Shown: piece after piece, positions 59,201 to 63,893 of the stretch
How the letters are laid out: each line of letters starts with the position of its first letter
Numbering within the stretch: the stretch's first letter is position 1
NCBI GenBank assembly: GCA_028695145.1
Contig: JAQVJP010000002.1
Location: 1 to 63,893, forward strand
Source: Eubacteriales bacterium
GTDB lineage: Bacteria; Bacillota; Clostridia; Saccharofermentanales; UBA5734
Length of the DNA stretch: 63,893 bases
Direction of reading: 5' to 3'
Notes under the pieces: model-generated
What the model saw: the letters and a program-made list of their open reading frames with translations, nothing else
Databases searched by the model: none
What the model was told of the DNA's origin: nothing
Made by a program: the position numbers and the translations under genes

Positions 59201-59371
59201 ACCTATATGTGGTTTGCCATTTGCCGTCGGCGGACCATCATAGAAGGTAAATGTCTCGCCGTTTTCTCTGGCATCAATTGATTTTTGGAAGATATTTTCC
59301 TGCTTCCAAAAATCCAGTATTTCTTTTTCTCTTTGCACGAAGCTCATGTCTGTGGATACTTTTTTGTACAT
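56216..59371 (-). CDS. ileS: Isoleucine--tRNA ligase, type 2
   Basis: DGPPTANG.PHIGH, GWDTHGLP, WTTTPWTL, CWRC, KMSKH; long C-terminus without the type-1 Zn finger; Ile T-box upstream. Confidence 0.97.
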   Translation of the reverse strand: MYKKVSTDMSFVQREKEILDFWKQENIFQKSIDARENGETFTFYDGPPTANGKPHIGHILTRVIKDIIPRYKTMKGYHVLRKAGWDTHGLPVELEVEKMLGIDGKKEIEAYGVEPFIKQCKESVWKYKQEWEQMSDRVGFWADMDDPYVTYDNNYIESEWWALKKIWDKGLLYKGHKIVPYCPRCGTALSSHEVAQGYQDVKENSVYVRFKVVGEDDTYLAAWTTTPWTLPSNVSLCVNPNEDYVLVSVHQDVDGSEKEVRYYLAEALVPTVLGEHFHVLAKMSGRDLVGKEYEPLLPYAGKTVAASGKKAFFVTADTYVTLSDGTGIVHIAPAFGEDDARVGRNNDLPFVQLVREDGTMPEDVTDFAGVFCKEADAGITRKLKEEGKLIRKVPYEHSYPFCWRCDTALIYYARDTWFINMTSLRENLLKNNSTVNWIPETIGSGRFGNFLDNVVDWGISRERYWGTPLPIWECGCGHRHAIGSIEELKQLSDDCPDEIELHKPYIDQVHIRCSECGGQMKRVSEVIDCWFDSGSMPFAQWHYPFENKEIFEENFPADFISEALDQTRGWFYTLMAIGTLIFDKSPYENVIVLGLVQDKNGQKMSKHKGNVVDPWEVLDKQGADAVRWYFYTNSAPWLPSRFYADAVSEAQRKFMGTLWNTYAFYVLYANIDGFNPTKYELKTDALCVMDRWILSRLNSLVDSVDHQLEKYEITSSARAIQQFTDDLSNWYVRRGRERYWQSDMNQDKIDAYMTLYTVLETLTRLSAVYIPFMADAIYRNLVLSHDNQRPGSVHLCDFPTADLSLVDKELERNMDEVLRLVVMGRAARNTSAIKNRQPLARMLVVSKHQLPAEFQQLVREELNVRAIEYTDDQTSLQDYSFKPQLKTLGKRLGKLIPKVSAVLAELPGQETIRILRENGKLNLSVEGQKIELAEEDLLIETIQAEGLAAESDRDVTVALDTKLTPELIEDGFVREIISKVQTMRKESGFEVMDRIILSLGNQEVLTPVVQKHRAYICDEVLADELIQLAEGADAKEWDINGEKLKIAVRKV

Positions 59372-59392
59372 TGTCAGCCTCCTCATAAAATT

Positions 59393-59675
59393 AAAAAAGC
59401 ACCCCGTAAAACGGGGCGCCAGTTAGCGCGGTACCACCCGTACACAACTGCTCTCTCAGCTATGATCAAGCAATTATCTCGTTTCCTCTAACGGGGGAGA
59501 CGTCAGCCAAATGCCGTCTATTCCGGTTCAAACTACTATAAACGACAAATAATGTCGCTCGTTCGCCCAAACAGCTCGCGGATGATATTCAACTTGTCAT
59601 TATGTTATGTGGCTCACACCAACCCCACACTCGCTGCAACTTCCTGACAGTCTACTGTTCCGGTCATAGCTTTTA
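59393..59675 (-). ncRNA. T-box riboswitch, Ile (AUC specifier)
   Basis: Stem I with AGCGA and GGTGTGA motifs, specifier ATC at 59584-59586, T-box ACGGGTGGTACCGCG (59427-59441), terminator GCGCCCCGT-TTT-ACGGGGTGC-T6. Confidence 0.93.
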
Positions 59676-59705
59676 CCAGTTTTAACTGTTATATAAACAG
59701 AGTAA

Positions 59706-59735
59706 ATTATATGGTCTTATCGGTCTGCTTGTCAA
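59706..59735 (-). promoter_or_regulatory. Sigma-A promoter of the ileS leader
   Basis: TTGACA-N18-TATAAT. Confidence 0.75.
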
Positions 59736-59794
59736 GCTTCCATGTAAGATAGAGTTTACTTGACACTAACGGATTATTTGATGATGATTATTAC

Positions 59795-60727
59795 ATGCAA
59801 AGAGTAACTAAACATCGTAAAAAGAATAAACTTCGCGTTTTCTTATTAGCCTGCTTCTTTTTATTGGTTGCCGCGGCAGCAGTGTTAATTTGGGCATTTC
59901 AAATTGAGCCTGGACTGCTTATGATAAAAAATTATCAAGTTGAGTCGGATCAGCTGCCGCAAAATTGGGCTGGACGTCGCATTGGGTTCATAACAGATAT
60001 CCACTCAGGACCAGGCTACGGCAGCGAACGTCTGAGAAAAGCAGTTGATAAATTGATGAGCGAGAATCCTGATATTATTTTTTTTGGTGGTGATCTCGTT
60101 GACAGTTCTACACCCATCGAGGACGATGAGTTCGCACGTGAAATCGTAACCGAGCTGTCCAGACTTGAAGCAGAATATGGTAAATACGCAGTTATCGGCA
60201 ATCACGATAATCGTCTCAAAGCAGAACTTGAAGCGGCAATATCATGGCTCGAACAAGCAGGTTTCACAGTGCTGATAAATCAAGCAGTGATGGTAGATGG
60301 AGTTTGGATTGGCGGACTTGATGAGAGCTATTTCGGGAAGCCTGACCTTGAAGAGACACTCATGCAGCCTGCGAAATCAAGTGGGATAGTTTCTGAAACA
60401 ACTGATGATCAAGCCGATGAGAGTACTCTATATCGAATTATGCTTATGCATCAGCCGGATTATCTGCCAATATACGAAGATTCCGATAGAAAAACCGATC
60501 TTGATCTGATTGTATCCGGACACTCACACAACGGTCAGATAACTTTGTTCGGTCATCCTTTGATGAAAGTTTATCAGGGAGAAGAATTTGTGCGCGGCCA
60601 ATATAAACCATTTGCCGAGTCTGATACTGATCTTATAGTCAGCAGCGGTCTGGGCAGCGTTGTCATTCACGCCCGCCTCTTCAACATACCTGAACTGACA
60701 ATAATAGAGCTTAACAGCAAAAACTAA
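59795..60727 (+). CDS. Membrane-anchored calcineurin-like metallophosphoesterase (YkuE-like)
   Basis: Basic N-terminus plus TM helix; DIH, GDLVD, GNHD, H, GHSH motifs. Confidence 0.92.
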   Translation: MQRVTKHRKKNKLRVFLLACFFLLVAAAAVLIWAFQIEPGLLMIKNYQVESDQLPQNWAGRRIGFITDIHSGPGYGSERLRKAVDKLMSENPDIIFFGGDLVDSSTPIEDDEFAREIVTELSRLEAEYGKYAVIGNHDNRLKAELEAAISWLEQAGFTVLINQAVMVDGVWIGGLDESYFGKPDLEETLMQPAKSSGIVSETTDDQADESTLYRIMLMHQPDYLPIYEDSDRKTDLDLIVSGHSHNGQITLFGHPLMKVYQGEEFVRGQYKPFAESDTDLIVSSGLGSVVIHARLFNIPELTIIELNSKN

Positions 60728-60769
60728 ATGTCTCCAACAATTTTACTTCAACCGGGTCGAGCATTTACA

Positions 60770-62218
60770 TTATAAGTTGAACAAATCTATTTTCCGACGT
60801 GCAAGCTCTTCAATACGTTGTTGATAATTCAGCAGATCCTTACTGTTGGGGCTTCTCCTAACCCTGGTTCCATCAACCCTTTTGCTGATCGCCCCACTAC
60901 CAAGACCTATTACATCAAATCGATCACTCATCATAGCTACATTATATACACAGGCCTGTCCCGGTCTGGCAAAACCAGTATTTTCAAGGCCGCCTGCGAC
61001 TTCTTTTTGCCGATAAAGATAGTATGGATAAAAATCGTTTTCACGCAGTCTGCTGCCGGCTTCTGCAATCGCAGCAGATAGTTCAGCCTGTGGCAGATGC
61101 AGAAGACGAACCGCTTCCTGCGACTGCTCCTGCAGATGCGAGCTTCTTTTTAGAGCAAGAGTATGGATAGTAATACTCTCCGGCCCCAACATTAGAAGCT
61201 CATTGAGTGATCTAAGCAGCTGCTCAGGCGATTCACCGGGAAGGCCGGCGATTAGATCCATATTAATATGGCTGAAACCAGCCTCTCTGGCCATTTCATA
61301 AGCTTCAACGGTCTGAGCGGCAGTGTGGTTTCTTCTGATTCTTCTTAGTGTTTCGTCATTCATGGTCTGTGGATTAATACAGATTCGATTTGCTCCGGCT
61401 TGTCTAATCAGATCAAGTTTAGTTTTACTGATAGTATCAGGTCTTCCGGCTTCTACCGTCCATTCTGCTCCTTGTTTGAGCGGAACATATCTAACTAAAC
61501 CTTCAAGCAACCTGGCAAAAGCTCCATCCGGCAAACTTGTCGGTGTACCTCCGCCCAGATACAGAGCACTTACAGGTCTCTTTATCTGTTCAAAAACAAG
61601 TTTCGCTTCCAGAACAACTGTATCAGCATATGGCTCAAGCCAGTCCGCCTGTCTAAACGCATCACGTGAAATAAAACTGCAGTATGAACAACGCCCCGGG
61701 CAAAAAGGAACGCCGGCATATACAAAGAGATCATTTTTATCAAGCTTGCTCATTATCCCCTGCTCAGCAATAGCCGTTATTAGTCCAAGTTCAGCTTTTG
61801 CCGGGGACAATCTCCAGTAATCTGTCAGATAATCTATAGTTTTGCTGTTGTCGTATTCACACAGCACGAAACTCTCAAAAATTATCTGAGTTGGTCTGAC
61901 ACCTGTCAGGGATCCCCACGGGAAATGTATATCAGTAAGAAGCTCAAGTTGGCAGTAAAGCTGCCGCTTGATTTCTCTGCGAAATTTTTCTCTCTTTACT
62001 TCAGTCCGAACAGAATTCAAACCGGTACAATCTGTCTCAACAATAATCTTATCTGCTTGAGCATCATTTAGTTCAATCACCCGGCTATTTATTATAATCG
62101 TGTCAGAATTAGCTTCTGCCCTGTTCTCTGAGACTTGATTTGCATATCCATAAAACAGGCGCAGCATTTCGGCAGCACCTTCAATATAATTATAACCATA
62201 TGTATTAATAACCGGCAT
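60770..62218 (-). CDS. hemZ: HemZ (HemN-like radical SAM protein)
   Basis: PWGSLTGVRP, CPGRCSYC, GGGTPT, EAGRPD, PYYLYRQK. Confidence 0.9.
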   Translation of the reverse strand: MPVINTYGYNYIEGAAEMLRLFYGYANQVSENRAEANSDTIIINSRVIELNDAQADKIIVETDCTGLNSVRTEVKREKFRREIKRQLYCQLELLTDIHFPWGSLTGVRPTQIIFESFVLCEYDNSKTIDYLTDYWRLSPAKAELGLITAIAEQGIMSKLDKNDLFVYAGVPFCPGRCSYCSFISRDAFRQADWLEPYADTVVLEAKLVFEQIKRPVSALYLGGGTPTSLPDGAFARLLEGLVRYVPLKQGAEWTVEAGRPDTISKTKLDLIRQAGANRICINPQTMNDETLRRIRRNHTAAQTVEAYEMAREAGFSHINMDLIAGLPGESPEQLLRSLNELLMLGPESITIHTLALKRSSHLQEQSQEAVRLLHLPQAELSAAIAEAGSRLRENDFYPYYLYRQKEVAGGLENTGFARPGQACVYNVAMMSDRFDVIGLGSGAISKRVDGTRVRRSPNSKDLLNYQQRIEELARRKIDLFNL

Positions 62219-62242
62219 TAAGTGTCCTCCTGGCCAAGAAAA

Positions 62243-63412
62243 TCATGATTGTTTAACTTCAAACCAGGCCAACACAAGATCAATCATTCTACCATAACTG
62301 GCAACACCATCACTCTGCATATTAGCCTGCAGATAGAAATTATTTGCCTGATCAGAAACCTCCTGTACAGGACCTTCAAATTGTTTCCAGTATAGACTGC
62401 CCGCGGTAAGATCCCGGCGCATGGCATCAGTAAGACCTGATGCTACCTGTTCATATGCTTCTTTGTCAGCTGTATAAAGTCTATTGGTGATACGTATCCA
62501 GGTATCAAGCATTACTGAATATCTGTAATCTGAGTTTTGGGAATACATTCCGGTCAAAAAGGCAACAAAATTAGCTTCATCTTCACGCGCGAAGCCTCGG
62601 GTATGCGCAACCTCATGAGCAATTGTATCCGGCAGTGAATAAGCCGGTTGATCAATATTAACATTGGCTTCCACCAAAAAAGGATTATATACTCCGGTTA
62701 TCCCAGTATATGACCAGTAATGTGATAGCAATACTCCTTTTGGACGTATACTGTGACCACGCAATGCAGGCCAGTCAACCTCAGCAGAATCATAAGCAGC
62801 ATTTACATCAAGCATGGTCTCTTTTATACTTCCTGATAAAACGAAGACACCGTGCTCATCTTCAGATAGATTTTCACGTAGCAAGGCAGCTTCCTTAGTC
62901 AGCCAGTTAGCGGTTGCCGCCAAATCATCGGCAGGGCGGTCTTGAACCGGAAGATTGAAAATCTCAGCCGCAGGAAGTCGTGAATAATTAAAACCATGCA
63001 TCAACATGAATACCAGTAAAAAAATAGTCAAAACCCAAGCAACACGATTTAATCCGTTGAAAAAACGCTTCAGTCTATCCTGGCGATTTTTTATGATTTT
63101 AAATATGGCACGTACAGCCAGGAAAACAATAGTCAACGGCAGCACCACAACCACCAGTAGTTCCGTAAGGGAGAAAGGTACCAATGAACTGATTCGCAGC
63201 AAAGGCCATGACAGAACATAGAAGATACCACCTGTATGTAGATTTTCGGCTAATTGGGGATTCAGCGCGAGCAAACGTTGCAGAGCCATAAGCAGCAGAG
63301 CAAGCGGCAGCCAAGCAAATTTTAGCAGCCTTGCTGTCCATTTACCAAATTTTTTCTCGTTTATTTGTGCTGTTTTTTTTACTTCAGCAGTATCTGCTTC
63401 TCGCTGAGACAT
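62243..63412 (-). CDS. DUF3810-like membrane-anchored putative zinc peptidase
   Basis: N-terminal TM helices, NY.R, G.Y.PF..EAN, HEVAH..GFAREDEANF; start moved to the ATG after GGAGG. Confidence 0.75.
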   Translation of the reverse strand: MSQREADTAEVKKTAQINEKKFGKWTARLLKFAWLPLALLLMALQRLLALNPQLAENLHTGGIFYVLSWPLLRISSLVPFSLTELLVVVVLPLTIVFLAVRAIFKIIKNRQDRLKRFFNGLNRVAWVLTIFLLVFMLMHGFNYSRLPAAEIFNLPVQDRPADDLAATANWLTKEAALLRENLSEDEHGVFVLSGSIKETMLDVNAAYDSAEVDWPALRGHSIRPKGVLLSHYWSYTGITGVYNPFLVEANVNIDQPAYSLPDTIAHEVAHTRGFAREDEANFVAFLTGMYSQNSDYRYSVMLDTWIRITNRLYTADKEAYEQVASGLTDAMRRDLTAGSLYWKQFEGPVQEVSDQANNFYLQANMQSDGVASYGRMIDLVLAWFEVKQS

Positions 63413-63485
63413 CGCATCATCCTCCGGAAATACCACAGGCCTGAACTTTTGCCGGTATTTTTAGTATATGAGTTTAATTCTGAGT

Positions 63486-63893
63486 TTAATTTTGCAACAG
63501 ATAGTTTCTAAGTTCAGTAACATCTGTGAACAGCTTGTCCGCGCCAAAACTGAGCAGCTCATCCTGTCCTCGGAAACCCCAAAGAACACCATAAGCTTGA
63601 AAACCTGCTCTGACGGCGGTCTCCATGTCTGAACCGGAGTCACCAATCATAACTGTCTGCTGTGGATCAATACTTAACTGTTGGCAGATGTGCAGCGCCA
63701 GCTGAGGATCAGGTTTAAGCGGCCACTCCTCACGTTTACCGAATATCAAATCAAACTTCTCCGGATCAAAGTAATGCGTGGTCATCTCGCGGGTAAAATC
63801 ATCCGGCTTATTGGATAACACTGCCAGTTTATAGCCCGCCTCATGCAAATCTGACAATAATTCAGATGCACCTGTGTAGGGACTGGTTTTATT
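63486..63893 (-). CDS. HAD-family phosphatase (Gph-like), 5'-truncated by the window edge
   Basis: Frame open to the edge; VLSNK, KPDP, GDSGSD, GVLWGFR. Confidence 0.88.
   Translation of the reverse strand, partial: NKTSPYTGASELLSDLHEAGYKLAVLSNKPDDFTREMTTHYFDPEKFDLIFGKREEWPLKPDPQLALHICQQLSIDPQQTVMIGDSGSDMETAVRAGFQAYGVLWGFRGQDELLSFGADKLFTDVTELRNYLLQN

Noticed and set aside
1..63893. CRISPR array, IS element, intron/intein, retron or defence system
   Set aside because: No periodic repeat-spacer array, transposase, reverse transcriptase or unexplained large insertion; intergenic gaps are short and accounted for

Overview
A gene-dense stretch of core chromosome from a Clostridia-type Firmicute, judged from PolC, a T-box, an L20 leader, a Gram-positive LexA box, an IspH-S1 fusion and a short EF-Ts. 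Nearly all genes lie on the minus strand. In order: a partial Zn-finger Clp-type ATPase; uvrA; tRNA-Glu(CTC); aconitase-GntR-citrate synthase; TrkA/TrkA/KtrB-type K+ uptake; TrmH; infC-rpmI-rplT; an aminotransferase; the priA-def-fmt-rsmB-rlmN-stp-pknB-rsgA-rpe-thiN block joined directly to rpsB-tsf-pyrH-frr-uppS-cdsA-dxr-rseP-ispG-polC; a divergent pair (Zn-finger/PepV fusion plus tandem GNAT); a Cof HAD; RpiR-HutP-cmk-plsC-ispH/S1; a three-subunit soluble transcarboxylase-like cluster; T-box-ileS-M50-trpS-scpAB; a metallophosphoesterase; hemZ; a DUF3810-like protein and a partial HAD. I saw no mobile element, prophage, CRISPR array or defence island. The best candidates for undescribed biology are (i) the transcarboxylase + RpiR + orphan HutP-like + cmk-plsC-ispH module with its operator-like and hairpin elements and (ii) the Zn-finger-PepV/double-GNAT operon. 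Both are hypotheses. All calls come from motif recognition by eye; no searches were run.
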